Source: a virus
Length of the DNA stretch: 64,000 bases
IMG/VR virus record: IMGVR_UViG_3300023174_000065
Reading direction: 5' to 3' (one strand)
Shown: one piece after another, positions 28,080 through 37,291 of the stretch
Numbering within the stretch: position 1 is the stretch's first letter
How the letters are laid out: each line of letters begins with the position of its first letter
Position numbers and translations under genes: made by a program
Notes under the pieces: generated by a model
Told to the model about the DNA's origin: nothing
The model's database searches: none
Seen by the model: only the letters and a program-made list of their open reading frames with translations

Positions 28080-28450
28080 ACATAAGGGTGTCGGCCCAGT
28101 TCTAAACCGATGTGGAAAAGGTGGTGAGAAAATAGCCACACACGCAACATGTTGAGACATTCCCACGCTAGTCAGAGGGTCTAAGTATTAACATAGAATG
28201 TTTGTTACCATTCGAAAACACTAATGCTCCTAAACACCTTGGAAACTAGGAACGAGTCCAAGGATACTACATTTATGTAGTAGGTCGCGGTAGGCAGGGA
28301 AAAGCGCAGAGTCCCTGGAGCGGGTGTATAAACAAAGTACCTACTTCCATGTCTCGGTTGATACAACTCGTATGAAACCCTGACAGACGGAACCTTTAGG
28401 GGGTTCCGTCTGGTATCCTCAATCTGTATGAATATCCTTTCCCCTTATAG
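28080..28450 (+). ncRNA. Putative large structured non-coding RNA (family unassigned)
   Basis: ORF-free, GC-elevated region with terminal pairing ATAAGGG/CCCTTAT, long-range TGAGACAT/ATGTCTCG, at least five hairpins and crossing helices. Strand is inferred from the upstream promoter and G-U wobble orientation. Confidence 0.6.
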
Positions 28451-28504
28451 TTCTAATAACATTACTATGGTGATTACTCTTCCTGTTAAATCTATAATAT
28501 AAAA

Positions 28505-28550
28505 ATTGCTTCGAGCGATAGCGAAGAAGCAAGTGAGCTTTAGCTCGCTT
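28505..28550. other. Tandem hairpins (terminator or ssDNA signal) at the end of the structured element
   Basis: TTGCTTC-gagcgatagcgaa-GAAGCAA followed by GTGAGC-ttta-GCTCGC-tttt. Confidence 0.45.
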
Positions 28551-28591
28551 TTATAATAAATAAAATTAAATTAATAGGAATAAAACTTGCC

Positions 28592-28993
28592 ATGAAGATC
28601 AATGAAATTCTAACTGAATCACAAATAGATGAAATAAGTTTGCCTAAGATGATAGGAGGAGTTGCTAAGGGATTGGGAGCTATTCCAGGAGGAGCAATAG
28701 GAGCAATTGATGCTGCTAAACAAGGATTTGATGCAGGATATAGAGCAGTCTCTGGAAGAGGATATGGCAGATCCTATGGCTCGCCTTCACCTCAATCATC
28801 TCCAGATACTAAAATTAACAAACAACAGATAGATCAACTCGATCAGACTATTTCTTCAATGAATGTAAAGGATTTGAGAAAGTTGCAAAATACTATTAAT
28901 AACACTATTCAAAGAAAATCTAGACCTAGAAATCGCGCTGCTAATACAACTCAGCAATCTCCTGGAGCTACACCTACCACAACTAATCCATAG
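28592..28993 (+). CDS. Hypothetical late protein, possible head internal protein
   Basis: MKINEILTESQIDE N-terminus; preceded by ATAAATA (28556-62) and SD AGGA. Confidence 0.75.
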   Translation: MKINEILTESQIDEISLPKMIGGVAKGLGAIPGGAIGAIDAAKQGFDAGYRAVSGRGYGRSYGSPSPQSSPDTKINKQQIDQLDQTISSMNVKDLRKLQNTINNTIQRKSRPRNRAANTTQQSPGATPTTTNP

Positions 28994-29012
28994 ATTTAAG
29001 GTATTAATTATA

Positions 29013-29249
29013 TCAAAAGAATGGCATACCGCTTTCTTTAGACAATGTTAAGTTATCTTCTATTATCTTGTAAATGATTTCTCTGCTTTCTTGATCTAGC
29101 ATATAGGCCTCATTTGTGCTGATTCCTCCTCTTAAGAACCAACAGATTTTAAACAATTCTTTTTTTAGTTCTTGTGTATCATTCTCAAGGCTCTTAACAT
29201 AACTTTCTATTTCATCATTATCTAACGTTAAGAGCCTTGTCCGAAAAAA
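29013..29249 (-). CDS. gp51-like C-terminal extension reached by -1 frameshift from the upstream gp26-like gene
   Basis: Open frame RTRLLTLDNDEIESYVKSLENDTQELKKELFKICWFLRGGISTNEAYMLDQESREIIYKIIEDNLTLSKESGMPFF* with no usable start; slippery T TTT TTC at 29249-29243; not in the ORF track. Confidence 0.7.
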   Translation of the reverse strand, partial: FFRTRLLTLDNDEIESYVKSLENDTQELKKELFKICWFLRGGISTNEAYMLDQESREIIYKIIEDNLTLSKESGMPFF

Positions 29250-30118
29250 TCCGAATTATCCATTGTAATGGGAATATAATAAGTTTCAGGAGCACCTTTA
29301 TCTATATGTTCAGGTTCGGCTCGTACCATGACTGGTTGTATTCCTTGTTTCTCTCTCATCGTTAATACATGAGATTGAATTTTTTTAGATATAGAACTAT
29401 CAGAATTTTCTATGAATTCTTTAATGAACACTTTATCAGTTACTATGGCGTGTGGAGTTTGAATTGATTCTATACTTTCTACTATAACATCAATTGTAAG
29501 ATCGGTCATGGATTCCACACTTTTGTTAAATAATTTAATTTTTTGATCCTCTTCAAGCTCACTATCATTAACTGATTGTATCATGCGTTGTACTTCAAAA
29601 GTTTTCAAACTTACTTTAGACATGTGTTTATAGGTCAGTGGCTTAATAAAACAAGTTATTTCATCATTGCATTCTACTGCCTCTTGCCATGCAGGTCCTT
29701 TATTAACTTCATCCAGTAATATTCTAAGATCAATTTGGTGAGTTACTGACTCGTCTGTATTAGGAACATTATGTGTAATATCCATCATTTCACCGTAAGA
29801 TGATATTCTTATTGCTATTAGAATAGTATCAATATCGGTTGCTGGAGTTAGCCACGCATTTTTAATGTTTGGCATGCAACTTTGAATAACTTCTACTATT
29901 GCTTGACCATTTAATAGCGCATCGGGAGTTTTGAAAATTAACTCATCTCTTGCAGTCATGGAAAATACAGGATATAATCCATTTTCAGTGATATCTATGC
30001 TACCTGTTTGCCAGTATAGACCATTACTAGGTAGACTTATGTATATTTTTGGATGACGCATATAACCCATAAGTGGATTACTAGATGATTCTAAACTGGA
30101 TGAAAATGAACTACTCAT
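29228..30118 (-). CDS. gp26: Baseplate hub assembly chaperone, gp26-like (copy 2)
   Basis: PKIYISLPSNGLYW...VFSMTARDELIFKTPDALLNGQA..IQSC.P.IKNAW..P..DID.ILIAIRI.SYG; ends ..SDFF. Confidence 0.78.
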   Translation of the reverse strand: MSSSFSSSLESSSNPLMGYMRHPKIYISLPSNGLYWQTGSIDITENGLYPVFSMTARDELIFKTPDALLNGQAIVEVIQSCMPNIKNAWLTPATDIDTILIAIRISSYGEMMDITHNVPNTDESVTHQIDLRILLDEVNKGPAWQEAVECNDEITCFIKPLTYKHMSKVSLKTFEVQRMIQSVNDSELEEDQKIKLFNKSVESMTDLTIDVIVESIESIQTPHAIVTDKVFIKEFIENSDSSISKKIQSHVLTMREKQGIQPVMVRAEPEHIDKGAPETYYIPITMDNSDFFGQGS

Positions 30119-30993
30119 TATTTCATTCCTTCTTTAAAGAAACTTTCTACATCAAATACAAAAGGTATTTCAATTACACCATCACTGCCAGCCGATATCA
30201 TCTCTTCTGATGCATTTATTTTAATAGGTTTTATTCCTCGATCAATTGCATTTTGATCAATTCTGTCTTTTATGAGGCTGAATACTTCGGTATCACACTT
30301 TTCAATAAATTCATTTATAAATGCTCGATCTACAACTTCTTGGTCATTGTATAAAATTTTATAAACTGAATATTGAACAAATGACATTGTCATCTCAGTA
30401 AGTTTTGCAAAGCTCTTCTTAAAAGTATTAAGCTTTTTCTCCTCACTTGCCGTATCATCATTGATAATATCCATAATTTTCTGAGTTTCTACTGTTTCTT
30501 GGGTAGTTTTGGCAAGAATCTTATATGGAACAGGATTGAGATACAGTGTAATCTCGTCGTTTAATTTAAATTCTTCTTCCCACTTTTTCATAGTTTCTAT
30601 TTGATCTTTTACAACGGATAGATCAATTATACAAGGATAAAAAACACCATTAAATTCAACTTTTGTATTTAAATCTGTTCCATAAGATGCAATTCTGATA
30701 GAAATTAATATTAAATCTATATCAATGTTAGGAGTATGCCAAGCATTTTTAATAGCAGGAATACAACTTTGAATAACCTCTACAAATGCGTCTCCGTTTG
30801 TTACTGCTGTGGGATTTTTTAAATTCATTTCGTCTTTAGCAGTCATGGAATAAACTTCATAAGTGTTATCTGGAGACTGTATTATACTTTTTTCCGGCCA
30901 ATACTTTCCTTGACTAGGCAATGTAATTTTTAATTTAGGTTTGCGCATTAATCCTGATAGTGGATTTACGGAAAGTTGTGATTTGTGTTGCAT
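30118..30993 (-). CDS. gp26: Baseplate hub assembly chaperone, gp26-like (copy 1)
   Basis: Clear paralog of 29228-30118 (PKLKITLPSQGKYW..VYSMTAKDEM..IQSCIPAIKNAW..DIDLILISIRIASYG). Confidence 0.75.
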   Translation of the reverse strand: MQHKSQLSVNPLSGLMRKPKLKITLPSQGKYWPEKSIIQSPDNTYEVYSMTAKDEMNLKNPTAVTNGDAFVEVIQSCIPAIKNAWHTPNIDIDLILISIRIASYGTDLNTKVEFNGVFYPCIIDLSVVKDQIETMKKWEEEFKLNDEITLYLNPVPYKILAKTTQETVETQKIMDIINDDTASEEKKLNTFKKSFAKLTEMTMSFVQYSVYKILYNDQEVVDRAFINEFIEKCDTEVFSLIKDRIDQNAIDRGIKPIKINASEEMISAGSDGVIEIPFVFDVESFFKEGMK

Positions 30994-31003
30994 TTTGACT
31001 CCG

Positions 31004-31034
31004 ATAAATAACTTAAATAGCGTGTTTATTTATA
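31004..31034. promoter_or_regulatory. Divergent pair of T4-type late promoters
   Basis: ATAAATA on + (31004-10) toward the tape-measure-like gene; TATAAATA on - (31034-27) toward the gp26-like genes. Confidence 0.6.
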
Positions 31035-31059
31035 TGCGCATAAAATTCGAGAAAAATTC

Positions 31060-34000
31060 ATGACTGAGCAAGTAAAAGGATATTTAGGCAAAGACGACAT
31101 TCTTCTAGAGAATGCCGCTACCGAAGCGACATTAAAAAAATTACTAGAAGAGACGATTAAAATGTCTAAAGAACATAGTTCTTCCCTTTCGTCACTTCTC
31201 GGAAGGACTGATGTGCCCCGGGACGATTATTCTGATGAATCTTCAGGAATGAATATTTTAGGCAAAACAGTTCGAGCAGTAGGTTTTACTTTTGGAGTAT
31301 TAGCGGGTACAAGTGAAAAACTAGGCGGAGCATTTAAAGGAGTTATAGGTTTTGCCGATGCACTTGCAAACAATGGCGGAAAAGCTAGTAATGTATTTGC
31401 TTCCCTAGGTGGACTTCCATTTGGAATAGGATCTGTAATGCAGGCCTTTTCTGCATTGCAAAAGATTCAAGAAGAACAGTTAGAGTCCTATCAAAAAATG
31501 ACTGCATCTGGTGTAGGCTTTAGTGGCAATCTAGATCAGATGCGTTTAACTGCTGGTCGATTAAACCTTACATTACCTCAGTTTACCGAATTGATGTCAA
31601 GAAATGGTGAGTATCTTGCAAAGTTTGGCGGAAATGTACTGGATGGATCAAAGGCATTTGTTAGAATTTCGTCTGATTTAAATAATGGTCCTACCGGTAG
31701 AGCATTGCGAGGATTAGGTTATACCTCTGAACAAATCAGTGATCATTTGATAAAATATATTGCGATTAGTGGAGGACGCACTGAAAGTGAACTAAAAAAC
31801 ACAAAATTAATAACTGCGCAAACAGCTGGATATCTAAATGAGTTAGATCGGCTAGCCGAAGTTACTGGAAAAAGCAGAGAAGAACAAGAAAAGGCTCTTC
31901 AGACTCAAGCAATGGAAGCAAATTGGCAATTATTTTTAGCTAATTTAAGTGATAAAGACCCAAATGCTGGAGCAAGACTTACTAAGGGTCTTGGTGATTT
32001 TACTAGTTTATTTGGACAGGCAGGCGCCGATATCTTAAAAGCTGGCTCTCAGGGAATACAAGTACAAACTGAAGAGGGTCAAGCATTTGCCAAGGTCAGT
32101 AGCAGAGCATATGCAGACATGTTAAGATATGGCGAAGCTGCTAAAAATGGTACTATGTCATCTGGTGAATTGGCTAAATTACAAAATAAAATTAGACAAG
32201 AATTTTCAGAGGACGCCGCAAAATTTGGAACAGGAGTGGGAGCGGCAGCACAGGTGTTTGCTAAAATACAAGAGGCTGGACTCCAGGCAGCAAGAGATCA
32301 CGGAAAATCATCTGCTCAGCTAGATGCAGTTGATGCAAGAATAAAAGAAGAACAAATAAACAGAGGAAAAAGCCAAGCAGCTTCACAAGCTGATCAGCAA
32401 GTTGCAATGATTAAAATGGCAAATGATGTTATGGCAGCCCTTCTATCACTTTCCCGTCAATTGCAACCTATAATGACACAGATTTTAGGATATTTTCAAA
32501 CATTTATTAAGTCATTGTCCGATTATGTAGTACATCATCCTAATACTATCAAAGATTTAGGAGATCAGCTTTCAAAGTTAAAAGACAATATCGTATATAT
32601 CAAAGATATATTGAAAAACACATTTATTAATATAGACAGTACGTTAAAATCTTTGGGAATATCTTGGGGAACAGCAATTGGTGGTGTTATTCTTGGAATT
32701 ATTGCGCTCCAGAAAGGCCTCGCGGGTATGGTGTTTGGAGGTGTTAAAGGATTAATTTCAGGAGGAGGAGGCGGTGCAGCAGGAGGTGCAGCAGAAGGTG
32801 CAGCAGGAGGTACGGCAGGAGGAGTATTAAAAGGGTTAGGAGCTGGATTTGCTAGTGCTGCTAGTTGGCTTTTCAAAGGAATTGCAATAGGAGCATCACT
32901 ATACGCCATTGGGTGGGGTATGGAAAAACTAGGCACTGGATTATTACCCTTTCAGCAATTAGATTGGGAAACAATAGGTAAAGGCCTAGTTGCAATGACC
33001 GGCCTAGGAGCACTTGGTGCTGCTGCAGGTGCTCTGAGCGAACTTATACTCCCAGGAGCGCTTGCTATAGGAGCCCTAGGATTAGCGCTTCAAACATTTC
33101 CTAGTGGAATTTTAGGAGAGTTAGGAGATCTATTTTCCAAAGTATCTCACGCAATAGGAGATCTATTCGTAAGTACACTCAATGCAGTTGTCGAAGGATT
33201 GACTAACTTAAGTAATATAAATCCAGCAGGTTTGCTTGGAGTAGCAGCAGGAGTTACAACATTAGGTGGAGCATTTGCGGTTTTTGGAGTTGGCACATTT
33301 TTAACAGCATTAACAAATTATGAAAGTCTGACTAATGGATTGTCAAAACTTACTACAATTGATCCTAGTAATCTTGAAAATATAGGTAAAGGAATTAAAA
33401 ATTTTGTTAAAAATCTTCCAGGAGCAGTAGACTCTTTGAGCAGTTATTGGGGAGGAATAGGCAGCACTCTTGATTCTATCGGAGATGGAATGATAAAGAT
33501 TTCACAATCATCTCCAAATAATTTAATATTACTCACTAAATTTATTCAAACAGTATCTGCTGCCAAAATTGGAAGCAGTGGAATAATAATTTTTAATGAT
33601 AATACAGTTAAACTATTGGATACTTTTTCAAAATTGCCGTTGAAGCCAAATGTAGACCAGGTAGAGAAACTAAAAATGCTAGCATTAACTAACATGGATG
33701 CCGCTACAAGAAATTTAAACAACTTTGGAACAAGTCTTGATAAGTTAATAAAAATTGATACTACCAAAATGGACATATTGTCTGAATCAATTACCAAATT
33801 AAAGACTGCTATTACTCCTGATAAACAAGAGCAAAATATTGCTAGACAGGGAATTAATTATATTGTTGGACTTTTAGGAGGCACAACATCTGATATGGGA
33901 CCAGGCACCGGTAGCGACACAAATGACACTAGTAAATATTTGAATACTAATATTGGTATTCCCGAAGGTGCTAGTGCTCAGGAAATAATAGAGAAAGAAT

Positions 34001-34110
34001 TGCAGATATTAAATAGTAACATAGCAAGACTTGTAAATTTAAATGTCGATATTAAAGATAACACCAAGCGCACCGTTGATAATATGAATACAAATCTATT
34101 TAGAAGATAA
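31060..34110 (+). CDS. Tape-measure-like / baseplate hub (gp29-like) protein
   Basis: 1016-aa predicted-helical Ala/Gly-rich protein with hydrophobic segments, next to the gp26-like chaperone genes. Confidence 0.65.
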   Translation: MTEQVKGYLGKDDILLENAATEATLKKLLEETIKMSKEHSSSLSSLLGRTDVPRDDYSDESSGMNILGKTVRAVGFTFGVLAGTSEKLGGAFKGVIGFADALANNGGKASNVFASLGGLPFGIGSVMQAFSALQKIQEEQLESYQKMTASGVGFSGNLDQMRLTAGRLNLTLPQFTELMSRNGEYLAKFGGNVLDGSKAFVRISSDLNNGPTGRALRGLGYTSEQISDHLIKYIAISGGRTESELKNTKLITAQTAGYLNELDRLAEVTGKSREEQEKALQTQAMEANWQLFLANLSDKDPNAGARLTKGLGDFTSLFGQAGADILKAGSQGIQVQTEEGQAFAKVSSRAYADMLRYGEAAKNGTMSSGELAKLQNKIRQEFSEDAAKFGTGVGAAAQVFAKIQEAGLQAARDHGKSSAQLDAVDARIKEEQINRGKSQAASQADQQVAMIKMANDVMAALLSLSRQLQPIMTQILGYFQTFIKSLSDYVVHHPNTIKDLGDQLSKLKDNIVYIKDILKNTFINIDSTLKSLGISWGTAIGGVILGIIALQKGLAGMVFGGVKGLISGGGGGAAGGAAEGAAGGTAGGVLKGLGAGFASAASWLFKGIAIGASLYAIGWGMEKLGTGLLPFQQLDWETIGKGLVAMTGLGALGAAAGALSELILPGALAIGALGLALQTFPSGILGELGDLFSKVSHAIGDLFVSTLNAVVEGLTNLSNINPAGLLGVAAGVTTLGGAFAVFGVGTFLTALTNYESLTNGLSKLTTIDPSNLENIGKGIKNFVKNLPGAVDSLSSYWGGIGSTLDSIGDGMIKISQSSPNNLILLTKFIQTVSAAKIGSSGIIIFNDNTVKLLDTFSKLPLKPNVDQVEKLKMLALTNMDAATRNLNNFGTSLDKLIKIDTTKMDILSESITKLKTAITPDKQEQNIARQGINYIVGLLGGTTSDMGPGTGSDTNDTSKYLNTNIGIPEGASAQEIIEKELQILNSNIARLVNLNVDIKDNTKRTVDNMNTNLFRR

Positions 34111-34121
34111 GGATACTTACA

Positions 34122-35846
34122 TTGAGTTGGAAAAAATATTTTACTCCCGTAAACACTGATGGCGCCAATAGTCCAGTAGGAAGTACGTCAAATAGAGCAA
34201 ATCCCAGTCGTGCAAATTACTCTAGTTTTTTGCCAGATGTGTATTCAGGTCACCCAAACCGTCAGGAAAGATATTCCCAATATAACACCATGGACTCAGA
34301 TTCAGAAGTCAATGCTGCACTTGATATTCTTGCTGAATTTTGCACTCAAATTAATGATACCAACCGTACTCCATTTGAATTCTTTTTTAGAGACACTGCG
34401 ACTCAGGCTGAGATTCTAGTCTTAAGAAAATATCTCCAGCAATGGTGCAAGATGAATAAGTTCACAAACAGAATTTTTAAAATAGTCAGAAATGCATTTA
34501 AGTTCGGTGATGTGTTCTTTGTCAGGGATCCTGAAACCCAAGAGTGGATGTATATTGATCCATCAAAAGTTGATAAAATCATTGTCAATGAAAGCAGTGG
34601 AAAATTACCAGAGCAATATGTAATTAGAGATCTTAATATTAATTTGCAAAATTTGACAGTAACTCAGATTAATCCTAGTAATACCTCAGGTACACCAGGA
34701 GGCACCAATTACATGACTGCTGGCACTCAGCAACGAGGCATGGCTGGAAGCATTCCAGGAAATGTTGGAACCAGATTTCAACTTAATCAAAATCAGTATG
34801 CTATAGATGCCAAACATGTAATTCACCTATCGATGAGTGAAGGATTAGATGATAATTTTCCCTTTGGTAACAGTCTATTAGAAAGTATTTTTAAAGTTTA
34901 TAAGCAAAAAGAATTACTTGAAGACGCGATTATCATTTATCGTGTGCAACGTGCTCCAGAGCGTAGAGTATTTTATATTGACGTTGGTAACATGCCAAGT
35001 CACCTAGCAATGAGCTTTGTTGAAAGAGTCAAGAACGAAGTAAATCAACGAAGAATTCCTAGTTTGACCGGTGGCGGAACAAGCGTTATTGACACTAGCT
35101 ACAACCCATTAGCAATAGGTGATGATTTCTTCTTTCCACAAACTGCGGAGGGAAGAGGTAGTAAAGTTGAAATTCTTCCAGGCGGATCAAATTTGGGGGA
35201 AATAGATGATTTACGGTACTTTACTAATAAGCTTTTTAGAGCGTTGCGTATTCCTAGCAGCTACCTTCCCACCGGTCCTGATGATGGAGGCTCTGCCTTT
35301 AACGATGGTAGAGTGGGAACCGCCTATATCCAAGAGTTGAGATTCAACAAATATTGTCAGAGATTACAAGGAATCTTAAACGAGCACTTTGATAATGAAT
35401 TTAAATTGTATCTCTTTAACAAAGGGGTTAATGTTGATCCTAATATTTTTGATATTAAATTTAATCCTCCTCAGAACTTTGCCTCATATCGCCAAGCAGA
35501 AATGGACACCGTTCGGGTTTCCACGTTTGCAAGTATGTCAGAGGTAGCCTTTATTAGTAAGCGATTTGCATTAAAGCGTTTCTTAGGTATGAGCGAAGAA
35601 GAAGTTGCAGAAAATCAAAAGTTGTGGAGAGAGGAAAATCTGGAAAATATTCATCAGGGACTAGGTGCTAGTGCGGAAATGAGATCAGCGGGAATTACAG
35701 CAGGTGGTGCAGCAATGGATCTAGGTGCAATTGATAATGCTGGTATTCCTCCAGAAGGAATGACAGACGGTGATACGGGAGCGGCACCACCAGCTCCAGG
35801 AGCGGCACCAACGCCAGGAGCTACTTCAGCTCCTCCGCCGATGTAA
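34122..35846 (+). CDS. gp20: Portal protein
   Basis: QKELLEDAIIIYRVQRAPERRVFYIDVGNMP, DDFFFPQTAEGRGSKVEILPGGSNLGEIDDLRYF and ELRFNKYCQRLQ motifs; TTG start. Confidence 0.95.
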   Translation: MSWKKYFTPVNTDGANSPVGSTSNRANPSRANYSSFLPDVYSGHPNRQERYSQYNTMDSDSEVNAALDILAEFCTQINDTNRTPFEFFFRDTATQAEILVLRKYLQQWCKMNKFTNRIFKIVRNAFKFGDVFFVRDPETQEWMYIDPSKVDKIIVNESSGKLPEQYVIRDLNINLQNLTVTQINPSNTSGTPGGTNYMTAGTQQRGMAGSIPGNVGTRFQLNQNQYAIDAKHVIHLSMSEGLDDNFPFGNSLLESIFKVYKQKELLEDAIIIYRVQRAPERRVFYIDVGNMPSHLAMSFVERVKNEVNQRRIPSLTGGGTSVIDTSYNPLAIGDDFFFPQTAEGRGSKVEILPGGSNLGEIDDLRYFTNKLFRALRIPSSYLPTGPDDGGSAFNDGRVGTAYIQELRFNKYCQRLQGILNEHFDNEFKLYLFNKGVNVDPNIFDIKFNPPQNFASYRQAEMDTVRVSTFASMSEVAFISKRFALKRFLGMSEEEVAENQKLWREENLENIHQGLGASAEMRSAGITAGGAAMDLGAIDNAGIPPEGMTDGDTGAAPPAPGAAPTPGATSAPPPM

Positions 35847-35847
35847 G

Positions 35848-35855
35848 TATAAATA
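35848..35855 (+). promoter_or_regulatory. T4-type late promoter TATAAATA
   Basis: Exact T4 late consensus ending 5 nt before the ATG at 35861. Confidence 0.65.
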
Positions 35856-35860
35856 ATCAT

Positions 35861-36112
35861 ATGCTGCTAAGAGAATTCATATATTTCAATGACAAAGATC
35901 CTGATCAGAAACAGGACCGTCGTTATGATCCTAGAGACGATAAAAGTATTCTAGATGTCAATAGTACTAGAAAGACTCGTCTAACACTGGGAATGATAAA
36001 CAAGCTTCGCCTAGCAGGTGAAGCGCGTGAGCAAGAAATCGAAGAAGATATGGTATTAATTAGAGCCATGTATGCTATTCCACCTGTACAAGATGCAGCA
36101 CCTATGATGTAA
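35861..36112 (+). CDS. Small head-cluster protein (prohead core-associated)
   Basis: 83-aa ORF (MLLREF...TRKTRLTLGMINKLR) between portal and core genes. Confidence 0.75.
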   Translation: MLLREFIYFNDKDPDQKQDRRYDPRDDKSILDVNSTRKTRLTLGMINKLRLAGEAREQEIEEDMVLIRAMYAIPPVQDAAPMM

Positions 36113-36247
36113 AATTTTTTATTTTTTATAAATATAATTTTGCCCAGTAAAAATCAAAAACCTCTATTTTAGGTGCATTCCACCCGCTATTTTAGCGTTA
36201 TTTGTAAATATACAAAACAATCCACACATTATCAAGGAGATTAATTT

Positions 36248-37282
36248 ATGTCTAAATTTGAACAACTATTAGACTTAATTGTAAATGAAGAAAAAGCAAA
36301 GGCTGACGAGCTATTTCATGAAATTGTCGTAGAAATGTCACGCAGTATTTATGAAAAAATTCTTTCTGAAGAAGAACAAGAAGAGCAAGATTCAGAAGAT
36401 GAAGAATCAGAAGATGATACTAACGAAAGTTATGTTGACGAATTCGCAAAAGGTGATGAATTTGGTGATGAATTCCCTATTCAGGACAAAACTGATGACT
36501 TTGAGGACGATGTTGTAGATCACGAGTTTGGTGATGAACATGATGACGAATTGGGTCATGAAGAAGATGAAGATGCGCCTGCTACTAAAGACGATATTCA
36601 TGATCTAACAGATTCTCTAGAAGAGCTAAAAGCCGCATTTCAAAAAATACTAGACGGTGGCTCGCTCGATCTTGATTCCGAAGAAGATGATTCAGATATG
36701 GACTCAATGGGTAATTTTGATGATGAAGAATCAGATGACGAAGAGTCAGATTATGAAGAAGAATCAGCCGATGATGAAGAGTCAGATGACGAAGAATCAG
36801 AAGATGAAGAGTCAAAAATGCCGTTTGAATCCCGCAAGAGCCAGGGTGAAACCATGCGTGAATACATCGAAAAGATCACTGCAACAATGGATGGCGGTCT
36901 TGTAGGCGGTCGAACAGGCGAAACAATGTCTGCTCCTAAAGAAGGCAAGAGTGTAGTTAGTTCAGGATCTGGTAAACCAACCAGTGGTGCTAATGCAAAA
37001 AATATTGCACAATCAGGCGATTGCACTGACGAAGATGGTACCTCACCAAAGGGTAAAGTTGGCGGTCTAGTTAAGAAGGGCGGTGATTATCCTCACGCTG
37101 GCAACTTTGAAAATTCCCAGAATAAAGGTCGTACCACAAAGAACATTTGGGGCCAGGCTAAGAAGCCAGGCAACAAAGAAGGTGCTGGAGTTGGTGCAGT
37201 TGCCGGCGGCGACAAAGCAGGTCAGACAGGTGGTGTAATCACCAAAAGTCCTATAACTGGCGCCCCTAATAGAGCAAAGTAA
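36248..37282 (+). CDS. Acidic prohead core/scaffold-like protein (gp67/gp68 position)
   Basis: Very D/E-rich; strong SD AAGGAG; GTAAATA at 36204-10; located before the prohead protease. Confidence 0.75.
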   Translation: MSKFEQLLDLIVNEEKAKADELFHEIVVEMSRSIYEKILSEEEQEEQDSEDEESEDDTNESYVDEFAKGDEFGDEFPIQDKTDDFEDDVVDHEFGDEHDDELGHEEDEDAPATKDDIHDLTDSLEELKAAFQKILDGGSLDLDSEEDDSDMDSMGNFDDEESDDEESDYEEESADDEESDDEESEDEESKMPFESRKSQGETMREYIEKITATMDGGLVGGRTGETMSAPKEGKSVVSSGSGKPTSGANAKNIAQSGDCTDEDGTSPKGKVGGLVKKGGDYPHAGNFENSQNKGRTTKNIWGQAKKPGNKEGAGVGAVAGGDKAGQTGGVITKSPITGAPNRAK

Positions 37283-37291
37283 GGAATCACG

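Noticed and set aside
28018-28591. Non-coding element as tRNA cluster, tmRNA, RNase P or group I/II intron
   Set aside because: I found no T-loop/CCA cloverleaf, tmRNA termini or RNase P P4 consensus by eye, and no flanking exons are interrupted. It is left unassigned; a covariance-model search could overturn this.
36360-36815. GAAGAA/GATGAA-rich tract as a DNA satellite
   Set aside because: It is explained by the Asp/Glu-rich coding sequence of the prohead core protein.
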